Counted from the first letter of the stretch, positions 40,535 through 51,016 are shown. The stretch is DNA of 64,000 nt from Limnohabitans sp. (GCA_021300495.1 JAJTDK010000001.1:13400-77399); one strand, 5' to 3'. The notes: generated from the sequence alone by a model not told the origin. Numbers and translations: made by a program.

Positions 40535-42628
40535 ATGACGGCATCAAAAACAAAATCTGCACGCCCCCGGAAGGCCAATCAACTCACCGTCGAGCTGATG
40601 TGGCAACTTCAACGCCTAGGCCCTCCCAGCATCAGTCCAGACGGTTCGCAGGCGGTGTGTGCTGTCGCGCAACCCTCTGTCCAAGAAAATACCATCCAAA
40701 GCGCCATTTGGCTGCTGTCGACCCTCGGTGGTCAGCCCAGACAGCTCACGCAATGTGGCGACAAAGACGGCCGCCCTCAGTTCTCACCGCAAGGCGATTG
40801 GGTGGCGTTTGTGGCCAAGCGAGAGCAAAACGGCAAGAAGGACGATGAGCCTCAGCTGTACCTCATTCCGCCAGACGGCGGTGAAGCCAAGCGCGCAGCT
40901 GAAGTACCCACAGGTGTGGTCGATTTCAAATGGTTTCCAGACGGTGAGCGCATCGCGTTCATCACATGGGCTTGGCCCAAGTTGAAGAGTGAGCTTCAAG
41001 CCGACAAACTCAAGGAAACCAAAGCGCGCAAAGACAGCGCTTTTGCCACAGAGGATGCGGTGTATCGCCACTGGGATCACAACTTGCCCATGGGCCGCGT
41101 GCCTCATTTGTGCATCATGGATTTAAAGAGCGGCCGTGTGGTGGACTTGCTAGAGGGCACTGACTACGAGCTGCCGCGCCGTGAGCCCAGCGCCAATGAA
41201 TTTGACATCTCGGCCGATGGCAAAAGCATCAGCTTCGTGTTTGACCCTGCAAAAGCCCAGAACGCAGCGCCCCGCATGGCCTTGGCTGAAATTCAATTGA
41301 AGGGCAGCAAAGTCATCGCCATTCGAGACTTGGTCAAAGACCCCGCTTGGGATGTGTCAGGACCTGCCTACAGCCCAACGGGTGATCAATTGGCTTTCTT
41401 AGCATCGCACCAAGCGCTCAAACACACTCAGCCCAATCACCTGGCTTTGCTTGAACTCCCGAAGCCATCCAAAGCTAAGTCCAGCCAGCCAGCCAGGCCC
41501 TGGAAAACCATCAGCCCCAAGTGGGACCGTGAACCACAAATGCCCTTGAAGTGGAGCGAAGACGGCAGTGCATTGCTGTGCAAAGCAGAGGACAGAGGCC
41601 GTCAACACGTTTGGCGTTTTGACATTGCCAAACAGCAGCCTACTGTCGTTGCGGAAGGCGGCACTGTGCATGCCTTTGATGAAGCTGCGGGTCAATTGGT
41701 CACTCTGATGGACAAGGCGGTTCATCCAGGTCGCATTCAAGTGACTCAAGTGGACGAGTCAGGTCGCAGTGTGTCGTCAGTTTCAAAACGCATTGAGCAT
41801 TTCAACGATGATTTGCTCAAGGGCATTGTTTTAGGCCGTACCGAAGAGCACTGGTTTAAAGGGGCCAAGGGAGACGATGTGCAAGTGTGGTTGCACTACC
41901 CACCCGGGTTTCATCAAACTAAAAAATACCCCTTGCTTCACACCATTCATGGCGGGCCGCACACCGGACCAGGCGATGTTTGGCATTGGCGCTGGAACTA
42001 CCATGTGTTTGCAGCCCAAGGCTATGTGGTGGCCAACGTCAACTACCATGGCTCATCTGGTTTTGGTTTGAAGTTTCTCGATTCAATCACGCACAAATGG
42101 GGTGAGTTGGAATTGCAAGACATGGAAGCCTGCACCGATTGGCTGCGCAAGAAAACTTGGATTGACAAGGGGCGTGTGTTTGCAACAGGTGGCAGCTACG
42201 GTGGCTACATGGTGGCATGGATGAATGCGCATGTGAAACCAGGACGCTATCAAGCTTATGTTTGCCACGCAGGTTGCTACGACTGGGTGGGTATGTTCTC
42301 TGACGATGCCTATGGTTGGCATGCGCAAGAACTGGGGGGCTGGTATTGGAACGACATGAAAAAGGTGCACTCACAAAGCCCGCATGCCTATGCTGCCACC
42401 ATGCAAACGCCCACCTTGGTCATTCATGGTGCCAAAGACTATCGTGTGCCAGACGCCCAAGGCTTAGCCTACTACAACACGCTCAAAGCCAAGGGTGTAG
42501 ACGCGCGATTGTTGTGGTACCCCGATGAGAATCATTGGATCTTGAAGCCCGCCAACAACGTGATCTGGTACCACGAGTTTTTTGACTGGATCAAACGCCA
42601 TGACCCAGCCTTCAAAAAGAAAAAATAA
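40535..42628 (+). CDS. S9 family (prolyl oligo/acylaminoacyl) peptidase
   Basis: Propeller repeats; HGGP, GGSYGG, DYRV and ENHW motifs. Confidence 0.9.
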   Translation: MTASKTKSARPRKANQLTVELMWQLQRLGPPSISPDGSQAVCAVAQPSVQENTIQSAIWLLSTLGGQPRQLTQCGDKDGRPQFSPQGDWVAFVAKREQNGKKDDEPQLYLIPPDGGEAKRAAEVPTGVVDFKWFPDGERIAFITWAWPKLKSELQADKLKETKARKDSAFATEDAVYRHWDHNLPMGRVPHLCIMDLKSGRVVDLLEGTDYELPRREPSANEFDISADGKSISFVFDPAKAQNAAPRMALAEIQLKGSKVIAIRDLVKDPAWDVSGPAYSPTGDQLAFLASHQALKHTQPNHLALLELPKPSKAKSSQPARPWKTISPKWDREPQMPLKWSEDGSALLCKAEDRGRQHVWRFDIAKQQPTVVAEGGTVHAFDEAAGQLVTLMDKAVHPGRIQVTQVDESGRSVSSVSKRIEHFNDDLLKGIVLGRTEEHWFKGAKGDDVQVWLHYPPGFHQTKKYPLLHTIHGGPHTGPGDVWHWRWNYHVFAAQGYVVANVNYHGSSGFGLKFLDSITHKWGELELQDMEACTDWLRKKTWIDKGRVFATGGSYGGYMVAWMNAHVKPGRYQAYVCHAGCYDWVGMFSDDAYGWHAQELGGWYWNDMKKVHSQSPHAYAATMQTPTLVIHGAKDYRVPDAQGLAYYNTLKAKGVDARLLWYPDENHWILKPANNVIWYHEFFDWIKRHDPAFKKKK

Positions 42629-42678
42629 TGAGGTAGATGGCGCTTGGCTTATGCCGTGCAAGCCAGCGCCACGCTTCC

Positions 42679-43653
42679 TTAATTGACCATCACCAGTTTG
42701 CCCATCACCCCACGTGAGCCCATGTGGGCATAGGCCGCTTTTAATTCGCTCATGGGCATGGTTCTGTCAATCACAGGTTTGACTTTACCTTGCGCATACC
42801 ACTGCGCCAATTCAGCCATCATGGCCGCGTTGGCTTGGGGTTCGCGGCGTGAAAAGTCTCCCCAGAAAACGCCCACAATGGATGCGCCTTTGAGCAATGC
42901 CAAGTTGAAGGGCAGGGCAGGAATGGGACCGGCTGCAAAACCCACCACCAAGTAGCGCCCGCGCCATGCGATGGACCGGAAGGCGGGCTCTGCAAAGTCG
43001 CCGCCTACTGGGTCATAAATGACATCAGGACCTTTGCCTTCAGTGATTGTTTTTAAAGCCTCTCGAATATTTTGGGTGGTGTAGTTGATGGTTTCATCGG
43101 CGCCCAGTGATTTGCAGAGTGCGCATTTTTCGTCGGTCGAAGCAGCCGCAATGACCCGGGCACCCGCAGCCTTGGCAATTTGAATGGCGGCGGTTCCAAC
43201 GCCGCCAGCGGCGCCCAAAACCAGCACTGTCTCGCCAGCTTTCAAAGCTGCGCGGTCAATGAGTGCATGGTGCGATGTGGCATAGATCATGATGAAGGCA
43301 GCAGCATCTACGGCAGGAAAGCCAGCGGGCAGAGGCATGCACAACTTGGCAGGGGCGAGGGTGTGTGTGCCAAAGCCACCGGTACCCGACAAACAGGCAA
43401 CAGATTGCCCCACCTTCAGGTGCGTCACGCCTTCACCTACCGCTTCAATCACACCCGCATACTCTGAACCTGGCACAAAAGGCAGGTCAGGTTTCATTTG
43501 GTATTTGTTTTGAACAATGAGCAGGTCGGGGAAGTTCAAACTGGCCGCCTCAATGCGAATTAAGACTTGACCAGCTTGGGGTACGGGCGTTGGAATTTCC
43601 TTCCAATTTAAAGCCTCGACACCGACAGGGTTTTCACAGAGCCAAGCGTGCAC
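42679..43653 (-). CDS. NADPH:quinone oxidoreductase (MDR family)
   Basis: PFVPGSE and GAAGGVG motifs; AGGAG SD before GTG. Confidence 0.85.
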   Translation of the reverse strand: MHAWLCENPVGVEALNWKEIPTPVPQAGQVLIRIEAASLNFPDLLIVQNKYQMKPDLPFVPGSEYAGVIEAVGEGVTHLKVGQSVACLSGTGGFGTHTLAPAKLCMPLPAGFPAVDAAAFIMIYATSHHALIDRAALKAGETVLVLGAAGGVGTAAIQIAKAAGARVIAAASTDEKCALCKSLGADETINYTTQNIREALKTITEGKGPDVIYDPVGGDFAEPAFRSIAWRGRYLVVGFAAGPIPALPFNLALLKGASIVGVFWGDFSRREPQANAAMMAELAQWYAQGKVKPVIDRTMPMSELKAAYAHMGSRGVMGKLVMVN

Positions 43654-43755
43654 AGAAATTCTCCTCAAAAATCATTCAATGGCTTGAATATAAAGGGCAA
43701 ACAGGCCATTGGCTTGTCTCGGTAGCGACCTACAATTGGAGCCTAGGAAACGCCT

Positions 43756-44520
43756 ATGAAAATATTGATCTCCAACGACGATGGCTACCGTGCAGATGGC
43801 ATTGTGGCGCTTTACCACGCCCTGAAGCAAGTGGCCGATGTAGAGGTGGTGGCACCCGAGCACAACAACAGCGCCAAGTCCAATGCGCTCACGCTGCATT
43901 CGCCCCTGTATGTCAGGCAAGGCGAGAATGGTTTTCGGTACGTCAATGGCACACCTGCCGATTGTGTTCACATTGCCCTCACAGGCCTTTTGGGCTATCG
44001 CCCCGATTTGGTGGTGTCTGGCATTAACAATGGCGCCAACATGGGCGATGACACCCTTTACTCAGGCACGGTAGGTGCTGCCATGGAGGGTTATTTGTTT
44101 GGCATCCCGGCATTGGCATTTTCTCAAACAGAAAAAGGCTGGGCGCATCTCGACATCGCTGCAGAATTTGCCAAAAATATGGTGGCGCAATTTGAACAAG
44201 CGCAACTCATTGGCAAATCACCTTGGTTGTTGAATGTCAACATTCCAAACAAGACGGCAGAGTACAAAGCAGCTACCTTGTGTCGGTTGGGTCGCCGTCA
44301 TGCTGCAGAACCCGTCATTACTCAGCTCAGCCCTCGTGGTGAAACCATGTACTGGATTGGCAACGCCGGCGAGGCCATGGACGATGGCGAAGGCACCGAT
44401 TTTTATGCAGCAAAAAATGGTCACGTTACCATCACACCCTTGCAGGTCGACCTCACAGACCACGACAATGCGGGCTTCTGGTCTCAAAACTTGTCCAAGC
44501 TCAAAGTTTGGGAGGGTTGA
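43756..44520 (+). CDS. surE: 5'/3'-nucleotidase SurE
   Basis: SNDDG, GTPADCV, SGINNGAN and YSGTV motifs. Confidence 0.95.
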   Translation: MKILISNDDGYRADGIVALYHALKQVADVEVVAPEHNNSAKSNALTLHSPLYVRQGENGFRYVNGTPADCVHIALTGLLGYRPDLVVSGINNGANMGDDTLYSGTVGAAMEGYLFGIPALAFSQTEKGWAHLDIAAEFAKNMVAQFEQAQLIGKSPWLLNVNIPNKTAEYKAATLCRLGRRHAAEPVITQLSPRGETMYWIGNAGEAMDDGEGTDFYAAKNGHVTITPLQVDLTDHDNAGFWSQNLSKLKVWEG

Positions 44521-45269
44521 TGGCACAGCGCCCCGGTTTTCCCATCAAGTTAAGCACTCAAGATAAGGCGCCGCCGGCCAAAGCACCCGCTAAAAAAGCC
44601 GCGCCTACAAACCCGCAGGGTCTTGGCTTAGATTCCAGTGCGGTCAGACAACGCATGGTGCAAAAGCTGGCTGCTCAAGGCTTGAAAGACCCTTTGGTTT
44701 TGGAAGCCATGGGTACAGTCGAGCGACATCGTTTTGTAGAAAGTGGCTTGGTCAATCAGGCTTATGAAGACACCAGTTTGCCCATTGGTTTAGGGCAAAC
44801 TATTTCCAAGCCCAATGTGGTGGCCCGAATGGTGGAGTTGTTGCTAGAGGGTACAAGCGGAAAATTAGGTCGCGTACTAGAAATAGGCACAGGATGCGGC
44901 TACCAAGCTGCTGTGCTAAGTCACGTTGCCACCGAGGTCTACAGCATAGAGCGCCTCAAAGGCTTGCACGAAAAAGCACGTTCCAATTTGCGCTATTTTC
45001 GGTTGGCCAATGTTCACTTGCTGTTTGGCGACGGCATGCTGGGGTATGCCAAAGGTGCACCTTATGCGGCCATCATTTCTGCCGCAGGGGGCGAGTCTTT
45101 GCCGCAAGCTTGGTTAGATCAATTGGCTGTGGGTGGTAGGCTGGTCGCTCCAACCGTCACGGCCAATGGCCAACAAGCGCTCTTGGTGGTGGACAAAACA
45201 AACCAGGGCTTCAAGCAAAGTGTTTTAGAGGCCGTACATTTTGTCCCTTTAAAATCGGGTATCTCCTGA
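44520..45269 (+). CDS. pcm: Protein-L-isoaspartate O-methyltransferase
   Basis: GQTISKP and LEIGTGCGYQAA motifs. Confidence 0.93.
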   Translation: MAQRPGFPIKLSTQDKAPPAKAPAKKAAPTNPQGLGLDSSAVRQRMVQKLAAQGLKDPLVLEAMGTVERHRFVESGLVNQAYEDTSLPIGLGQTISKPNVVARMVELLLEGTSGKLGRVLEIGTGCGYQAAVLSHVATEVYSIERLKGLHEKARSNLRYFRLANVHLLFGDGMLGYAKGAPYAAIISAAGGESLPQAWLDQLAVGGRLVAPTVTANGQQALLVVDKTNQGFKQSVLEAVHFVPLKSGIS

Positions 45270-45279
45270 AGGATATGGA

Positions 45280-46209
45280 ATGAAATTGTTGAGTAGCCGT
45301 CAAAGTTGGATGGTGATCAGTGTGTTGTCTGTTTGCTTGCTGGCTGCATGTACGTCACGCCCACGCGGACCTATACCAGTTGAAGATCGAGTGGCAGGAC
45401 AAAGTACTTCACGCCCTGTCCAAAGAGTACAGCCGCAAGCTGCAACTAACAGTGCAAGAACAACTGCCCCTGTGGCCACCAGTTCGCCCATTTCCATGGG
45501 GCCCGCAATGGCGGGCTCAGAAAATGCGGGCAAGCCCGGGTATTACAGCGTGCGTCCCGGAGACACGCTCACCAAAATTGCCTTGGACCATGGACAAGCA
45601 TGGCGCGATATTGCCAAATGGAATGGCCTAGAAAACCCCAACATGATTGAAGTCGATCAAGTGTTGCGTGTGGCACCGCCTCTCATGGAAGCTGCTGCCA
45701 ACAGGCAAACCAAGCCTGTCATGGCTCAGAATCAAGTACCGCCAAGCAGTGCAACAAACAGTACGCCCACCCCGACGGCTACTAGCGCGGCAACTTCCAA
45801 CACGCCAAGCGCATCTCCTCCAGCCAATGCAAGTGACGACGGCATGTCCTTCGCATGGCCTCATCCAGGACCCGTTTTGGCGGGTTTTGACGAAGCCAAG
45901 AACAAAGGTCTCGACTTTGCAGGCAAAGCGGGCGACCCCGTGCTGGCAGCTGGCGACGGCAAAGTGGTCTATGCAGGCTCAGGTCTTAGGGGCTATGGCA
46001 ACCTGGTCATTTTGAAGCACAACAACACCTACTTAACCGCCTACGCGCACAACCAAACACTGTTGGTCAAAGAAGACCAAAACGTGACCAAAGGCCAACG
46101 CATTGCGGACATGGGCAGTTCAGACTCAGATCGCGTCAAGTTGCATTTTGAAATTCGCAAGCAAGGCAAACCTGTTGACCCTGCCAAGTTATTGCCAGCC
46201 CGTCCATGA
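45280..46209 (+). CDS. nlpD: LysM/M23 lipoprotein NlpD
   Basis: LAAC lipobox, LysM domain, degenerate M23 domain (NKGLD, LHFEIR). Confidence 0.88.
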   Translation: MKLLSSRQSWMVISVLSVCLLAACTSRPRGPIPVEDRVAGQSTSRPVQRVQPQAATNSARTTAPVATSSPISMGPAMAGSENAGKPGYYSVRPGDTLTKIALDHGQAWRDIAKWNGLENPNMIEVDQVLRVAPPLMEAAANRQTKPVMAQNQVPPSSATNSTPTPTATSAATSNTPSASPPANASDDGMSFAWPHPGPVLAGFDEAKNKGLDFAGKAGDPVLAAGDGKVVYAGSGLRGYGNLVILKHNNTYLTAYAHNQTLLVKEDQNVTKGQRIADMGSSDSDRVKLHFEIRKQGKPVDPAKLLPARP

Positions 46210-47642
46210 GCAAACAGAACGACACCACACGAGAAGAGCAGACTCAAGAAATTATCTTAGGACGTTCTGACTTACCCGCAGGGTGGTTGCACATTGATGC
46301 GCTCGACATGGAGGCCCAAGGCATTGCTCGAAGGCCTGATGGCAAAGTTGTTTTTGTAGAAGGTGCTTTGCCGTTTGAAATGGTGACTGTCAATGTCCAC
46401 CGCAAAAAGAACAATTGGGAAGCAGGGGTTGTCACCGCCATCCACCGAGAGTCTTCTCAACGTGTAAGACCTGGTTGCCCGCACTTTGGCTTGCATGCAG
46501 GCGCTTGTGGTGGTTGCAAGATGCAGCACTTAGAAGCCAGTGCGCAAGTGGCTGTGAAACAACGTGTCCTAGAAGACAATTTGTGGCACTTAGGCAAAGT
46601 CAAACCCGAGAACTTGCTGCGGCCTATGGAAGGGCCTGCATGGGGCTATCGTTACCGCGCCCGCATGTCAGTGCGCTATGTTCATAAAAAAGGTGAAGTG
46701 CTCATTGGTTTTCATGAACGCAAAAGCCGTTATGTGGCCGACATCAAAACTTGCAGAGTTTTACCCCCCAAAATCAGTGCGCTTTTGCTGCCACTGCGCC
46801 AACTTGTTTTTGGCATGGACGCCCGTGAAACGGTGCCTCAAATTGAATTGGCCCAGGGCGACACCGTCACAGCTTTGGTGTTGCGGCATTTAGAACCCCT
46901 GAGTACTGCCGATGAAGAGCGCTTGCGTGCATTTGCTTCCCTGCATGATGTGCAGTGGTGGCTGCAAATTAAAGGCCCTGACACCGTCAAGATCATGGAC
47001 GAGGGCGGCATCGAACTCTCGTATGACTTGCCTGATTTTGGCGTGTACATGCCCTTCAAGCCTACCGATTTCACGCAGGTCAATCCGCACATCAATCGTG
47101 TCTTGGTCACGCGGGCTTTGCGCCTCCTCAAGCCTGAAGCACACGAGCGAGTCATTGATTGGTTTTGTGGTTTGGGTAATTTCACATTGCCGATTGCCAC
47201 AACGGCCAAAGAGGTGGTGGGCATCGAAGGTTCAGAAACTTTGGTGGCGCGCTCGCGTGAAAATTACGAATACAACCAAACGCTTCGTGAAGGCAACAAA
47301 CGCTTAGCGCCCACATCGTTCATTGCACGTAACTTGTTTGAAATGACGCCTGAAATGCTCATGGCAGATGGTGTTGCCGACAAGTGGCTCATTGATCCGC
47401 CCAGAGAGGGCGCCTTTGCCTTGGCAAAGGCACTTGCTGAGTTAGAAGAAAACGACGCACTTCGAGGTGACTGGCAGTTTCCCAAACGAATTGTCTATGT
47501 CAGTTGCAACCCAGCCACCTTGGCTCGAGATGCTGGCTTGTTTGTTCACAGGGCAGGGTACCGTTGTCTAAGCGCCGGCGTGGTTAATATGTTTGCGCAC
47601 ACAGCGCATGTCGAAAGCATGGCGGTCTTTGAAAGACGCTAA
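46206..47642 (+). CDS. rlmD: 23S rRNA m5U1939 methyltransferase
   Basis: CPHFG..CGGC, FTQVN, DPPREG and [12 protein letters not shown] motifs. Confidence 0.9.
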   Translation: MSKQNDTTREEQTQEIILGRSDLPAGWLHIDALDMEAQGIARRPDGKVVFVEGALPFEMVTVNVHRKKNNWEAGVVTAIHRESSQRVRPGCPHFGLHAGACGGCKMQHLEASAQVAVKQRVLEDNLWHLGKVKPENLLRPMEGPAWGYRYRARMSVRYVHKKGEVLIGFHERKSRYVADIKTCRVLPPKISALLLPLRQLVFGMDARETVPQIELAQGDTVTALVLRHLEPLSTADEERLRAFASLHDVQWWLQIKGPDTVKIMDEGGIELSYDLPDFGVYMPFKPTDFTQVNPHINRVLVTRALRLLKPEAHERVIDWFCGLGNFTLPIATTAKEVVGIEGSETLVARSRENYEYNQTLREGNKRLAPTSFIARNLFEMTPEMLMADGVADKWLIDPPREGAFALAKALAELEENDALRGDWQFPKRIVYVSCNPATLARDAGLFVHRAGYRCLSAGVVNMFAHTAHVESMAVFERR

Positions 47643-47644
47643 TT

Positions 47645-47681
47645 AAAAAAGCACCTGAGTTCTTTCGAACTCAGGTGCTTT
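47645..47681. terminator. Terminator between rlmD and yccA-like gene
   Basis: AAAAAAGCACCTGAGTTC-TTTC-GAACTCAGGTGCTTT. Confidence 0.8.
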
Positions 47682-47704
47682 GAACTGTTTTTAAATTCAG
47701 TCGA

Positions 47705-48403
47705 TTAGTCGCGCTCGCCACCCCAGATGCCCAACAAGGCCAAAAGGCTTTGGAAGACATTGAACAAGTCCATGTACAACATGAGCGTGGCGCTGATGTA
47801 ATTGGTTTCTCCGCCGTCCAAAATTTGCTTCAGGTCATACAACATGTAGGCACTGAAAATACCGATGGCAGCCACAGACAAGGCCATCATGCCAGCCGTG
47901 GAACCTACAAAGATGTTGACGATGCCGCCCACCATGAGAACCAAGGCGCCTACAAACAACCACTTGCCCATGCCAGACAAATCGCGCTTGATGACACTGG
48001 CCAAGACGGACATGACTGCAAAGACACCTGCGGTGCCGGCGAAGGCCGTCATCACGAGGTCAGGTCCGTTTTTGAAGCCCAAGACCATGGCAATCATGCG
48101 AGACAGCATGAGGCCCATGAAGAACGTGAACGCCAACAAGACAAAAACGCCTGTAGACGAGTGTTTGGTTTTCTCGATGGCATACATGAAGCCAATGGCG
48201 CCACCTAAAAACAGGATGAGGCCTAAACCGCCGCCTAGTGATTGGGTGATGCCTGTCGCCACACCAAGCCATGCACCCAACACAGTGGGCAAGAGGCTAA
48301 CGGCCAGCAACATGTAAGTGTTGCGCATGACTTTGTTTCGCTCGGCAGGCGTAGTGCCGACGCTACCCCAGCTGGGTTGTTCAATGTTTTGAAGATCGCT
48401 CAT
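47705..48403 (-). CDS. Bax inhibitor-1/YccA family membrane protein
   Basis: KVMRNTYMLL and GGETNYISAT motifs; about 7 TM segments. Confidence 0.85.
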   Translation of the reverse strand: MSDLQNIEQPSWGSVGTTPAERNKVMRNTYMLLAVSLLPTVLGAWLGVATGITQSLGGGLGLILFLGGAIGFMYAIEKTKHSSTGVFVLLAFTFFMGLMLSRMIAMVLGFKNGPDLVMTAFAGTAGVFAVMSVLASVIKRDLSGMGKWLFVGALVLMVGGIVNIFVGSTAGMMALSVAAIGIFSAYMLYDLKQILDGGETNYISATLMLYMDLFNVFQSLLALLGIWGGERD

Positions 48404-48576
48404 TTGTGAACTCCTAATAATCCACCCTGTATCGGGTGAGTAAATTGTAGGGCTTGTAACCCGAAATGCCCTATTTACCAAAGATTTCAGGGTCTTTTGT
48501 CTTGTGACTTTCACGAAGTTAATGCCGAGCTCAGGCTGCGGTATGCTTATTGTTCAATTTTTTCCCACAAATCCCT

Positions 48577-48984
48577 ATGAAAACTCAATCTACCCTCGAA
48601 TTGTCCGATGTTCAAGCCATTGCCGCAGCTGCGCAAGCAGAAGCGCAGAAAAATAAGTGGGCCGTGAGCATTGCCATTGTGGATGCAGGCGGTCATTTGT
48701 TGCATTTCCAGCGATTAGACGGCGCTGCCCCCATTTCTTCCCACATTGCCCCCGCCAAAGCCAAAACAGCTGCTTTGGGTCAGCGCGAAAGCAAAATTTA
48801 CGAAGACATCATCAATGCCGGCCGCTTTTCATTCTTGTCAGCGCCGACCATTGAGGGCATGCTTGAAGGTGGCGTGCCGATCTTGAAAGATGGCGCATGC
48901 ATTGGCGCAGTGGGTGTGAGTGGTGTGAAATCCACCGAAGACGCACAGATTGCCAAGGCAGGCATTGCCGCCATTGGCCTCTGA
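48577..48984 (+). CDS. GlcG/HbpS family heme-binding protein
   Basis: IAIVDAGG, KAKTA and GAVGVSG motifs. Confidence 0.82.
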   Translation: MKTQSTLELSDVQAIAAAAQAEAQKNKWAVSIAIVDAGGHLLHFQRLDGAAPISSHIAPAKAKTAALGQRESKIYEDIINAGRFSFLSAPTIEGMLEGGVPILKDGACIGAVGVSGVKSTEDAQIAKAGIAAIGL

Positions 48985-48989
48985 TTTTG

Positions 48990-49029
48990 AAAAGCGCTAA
49001 AGAACTCTAACGAGCTCTTGCGCTTTTTT
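48990..49029. terminator. Possible bidirectional terminator
   Basis: AAAAGCGC...GCGCTTTTTT imperfect stem between convergent genes. Confidence 0.55.
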
Positions 49030-49031
49030 GA

Positions 49032-50744
49032 TCAGTACAAATCCAGCACAGCACCTTTGCTGGCGCTGGAGGCGTTGAAAGCAAACTTAGCTTGAACGCC
49101 ACGTGTGTAGCGAGGCGCAGGCGCTGTCCATTTGGCACGGCGCTTGGCAATTTCTTCCTCAGGCACATTCAATGCCAAAACAAGTTTGTGCGCATCTATG
49201 GTGATCGAGTCGCCTTCGTGTACAAACGCGATGGTGCCGCCAGCAGCTGCTTCAGGCGCCACGTGTCCAACCACCATGCCCCATGTGCCGCCTGAGAATC
49301 GGCCATCGGTAATGAGGCCCACGCTTTCGCCCAAACCAGCACCAATGAGTGCACCAGTAGGGGCCAGCATTTCTGGCATGCCAGGGCCACCTTTGGGGCC
49401 AAGGTAACGCAAGACCATGACATCACCGGCTTTGATCTTGCCATCCAAAATGGCTTGCAAAGCCGATTGCTCGTCGTCGAATACGCGAGCGGGGCCTGTA
49501 ATGACGGGGTTCTTCAAGCCTGTAATTTTGGCCACAGCACCTTCGGGTGACAAGTTGCCTTTCAGAATGGCCAAGTGGCCCTCAGCATACATGGGATTGT
49601 TGATGGGGCGAATGACATCTTGGTCGGCGCGTGGTGCGTCTGGAATGTCTTTTAAGTTTTCTGCCACAGTTTTGCCGGTGATGGTCATGCAATCGCCATG
49701 CAACAAACCAGCCTTTAGCAAAACCTTCATGACTTGCGGAATACCGCCTGCTTGATGCAGATCAACGGCCAAGTATTTGCCGCTAGGTTTCAAGTCGCAA
49801 ATCACAGGAATCTTCTTGCGCATGCGTTCGAAGTCGTCAATGGTCCATTCAACTTCAGCGGTGTGCGCAATGGCCAAGAAGTGCAACACAGCATTGGTCG
49901 AGCCGCCGGTGGCCATGATGACGGCCACGGCGTTTTCAATGGACTTTTTGGTCACGATGTCGCGTGGCTTCAAATCATTCTTAATGGCTTCCAGCAAAAC
50001 CTTGGCCGATGCTTTGGCCGAGTTCTTAGTTTCATCGTGGGGGTTGGCCATGGTGGAAGAGTAGGGCAGCGACATACCCAGCGCTTCAAACGAGGAGGAC
50101 ATGGTATTGGCTGTGTACATACCGCCGCATGAACCTGTGCCAGGAATAGCACGCTTTTCAATTTCTTTCAAATCGAAGTCGCTTAAATTGCCCGCAGAGT
50201 TTTGGCCAACTGCTTCAAACACACTGACAATGTTCAAGTCTTTGCCCTGGTATCGGCCAGGCAAAATGGTGCCGCCATACACATAAATGGCAGGCACATT
50301 GGCACGCAAGATGCCCATCATGCCGCCAGGCATGTTTTTGTCGCATCCGCCCACCACCAACACACCGTCCATCCACTGACCTTGAACGCAAGTTTCAATG
50401 CAGTCAGAAATCACTTCACGACTTACAAGCGAATATTTCATTCCTTCGGTACCCATGGCCATGCCATCAGAAATAGTAGGCGTACCAAAAATTTGAGCAT
50501 TGCCACCAGCCTCTTCAATGCCCTCAACCGCAGCATCGGCCAGTTTTTGCAGGCCACTGTTGCAAGGCGTGATGGTGCTGTGACCATTGGCCACACCCAC
50601 CATGGGTTTCACAAAATCACCTTCTTCATACCCCATGGCGTAGTACATAGAGCGGTTAGGCGCCCGGGACTTGCCTTGAGTGATGTTGGCACTGCGGCGG
50701 TTGCTAGGATTGGCAGGGTGAATAGGGATGATTTTGTCAGTCAT
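49032..50744 (-). CDS. ilvD: Dihydroxy-acid dehydratase
   Basis: [18 protein letters not shown] and TDGRFSG motifs. Confidence 0.95.
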   Translation of the reverse strand: MTDKIIPIHPANPSNRRSANITQGKSRAPNRSMYYAMGYEEGDFVKPMVGVANGHSTITPCNSGLQKLADAAVEGIEEAGGNAQIFGTPTISDGMAMGTEGMKYSLVSREVISDCIETCVQGQWMDGVLVVGGCDKNMPGGMMGILRANVPAIYVYGGTILPGRYQGKDLNIVSVFEAVGQNSAGNLSDFDLKEIEKRAIPGTGSCGGMYTANTMSSSFEALGMSLPYSSTMANPHDETKNSAKASAKVLLEAIKNDLKPRDIVTKKSIENAVAVIMATGGSTNAVLHFLAIAHTAEVEWTIDDFERMRKKIPVICDLKPSGKYLAVDLHQAGGIPQVMKVLLKAGLLHGDCMTITGKTVAENLKDIPDAPRADQDVIRPINNPMYAEGHLAILKGNLSPEGAVAKITGLKNPVITGPARVFDDEQSALQAILDGKIKAGDVMVLRYLGPKGGPGMPEMLAPTGALIGAGLGESVGLITDGRFSGGTWGMVVGHVAPEAAAGGTIAFVHEGDSITIDAHKLVLALNVPEEEIAKRRAKWTAPAPRYTRGVQAKFAFNASSASKGAVLDLY

Positions 50745-50807
50745 GTTGTCACTTTATGTAGGGCGTATTGAATTTTGTGCCTATTCTAATAGACCCTCCA
50801 TTAGAAA

Positions 50808-50922
50808 GTTCATGGGCCGTTGTCTGGGAAGGGTGAGGGGTATGGGGGGTGACGATTTCTGGTACCCCAGCATGAGGAGCCCCCCATACCCCTCACCCAT
50901 CCCAGACAACACGCCCATGAAC
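50808..50922. repeat. Long near-perfect inverted repeat (42/43-nt arms, 30-nt loop)
   Basis: GTTCATGGGCCGTTGTCTGGGAAGGGTGAGGGGTATGGGGGG (50808-50849) versus reverse complement of 50880-50922, GTTCATGGGCGTGTTGTCTGGGATGGGTGAGGGGTATGGGGGG. Confidence 0.95.
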
Positions 50923-51016
50923 CCACCCCATTAAGGAGTCCCACTCCAACACACCGGAGAAACTAAGGGCTAGCACTCTGTGCATTTGGGCATCGATGGG
51001 TGCACAATCGGAACCC

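Noticed and set aside
42640-42672. Hairpin TGGCGCTTGGCTT...AAGCCAGCGCCA as a REP element
   Set aside because: Only one copy noticed, between convergent genes; most likely a terminator-like stem
45400-45840. Low-complexity Thr/Ser/Pro/Ala stretches in nlpD
   Set aside because: Normal linkers of LysM/M23 lipoproteins, not DNA repeats
50728-50934. 68-aa plus-strand ORF spanning the hairpin
   Set aside because: Overlaps the ilvD start, has no SD, and its Gly-then-Pro composition simply mirrors the inverted repeat
50786-50972. Retron msr-msd, CRISPR repeat or intrinsic terminator interpretation
   Set aside because: No reverse transcriptase or cas gene in the window, no repeat-spacer periodicity, no U-tract, and it lies between divergent genes
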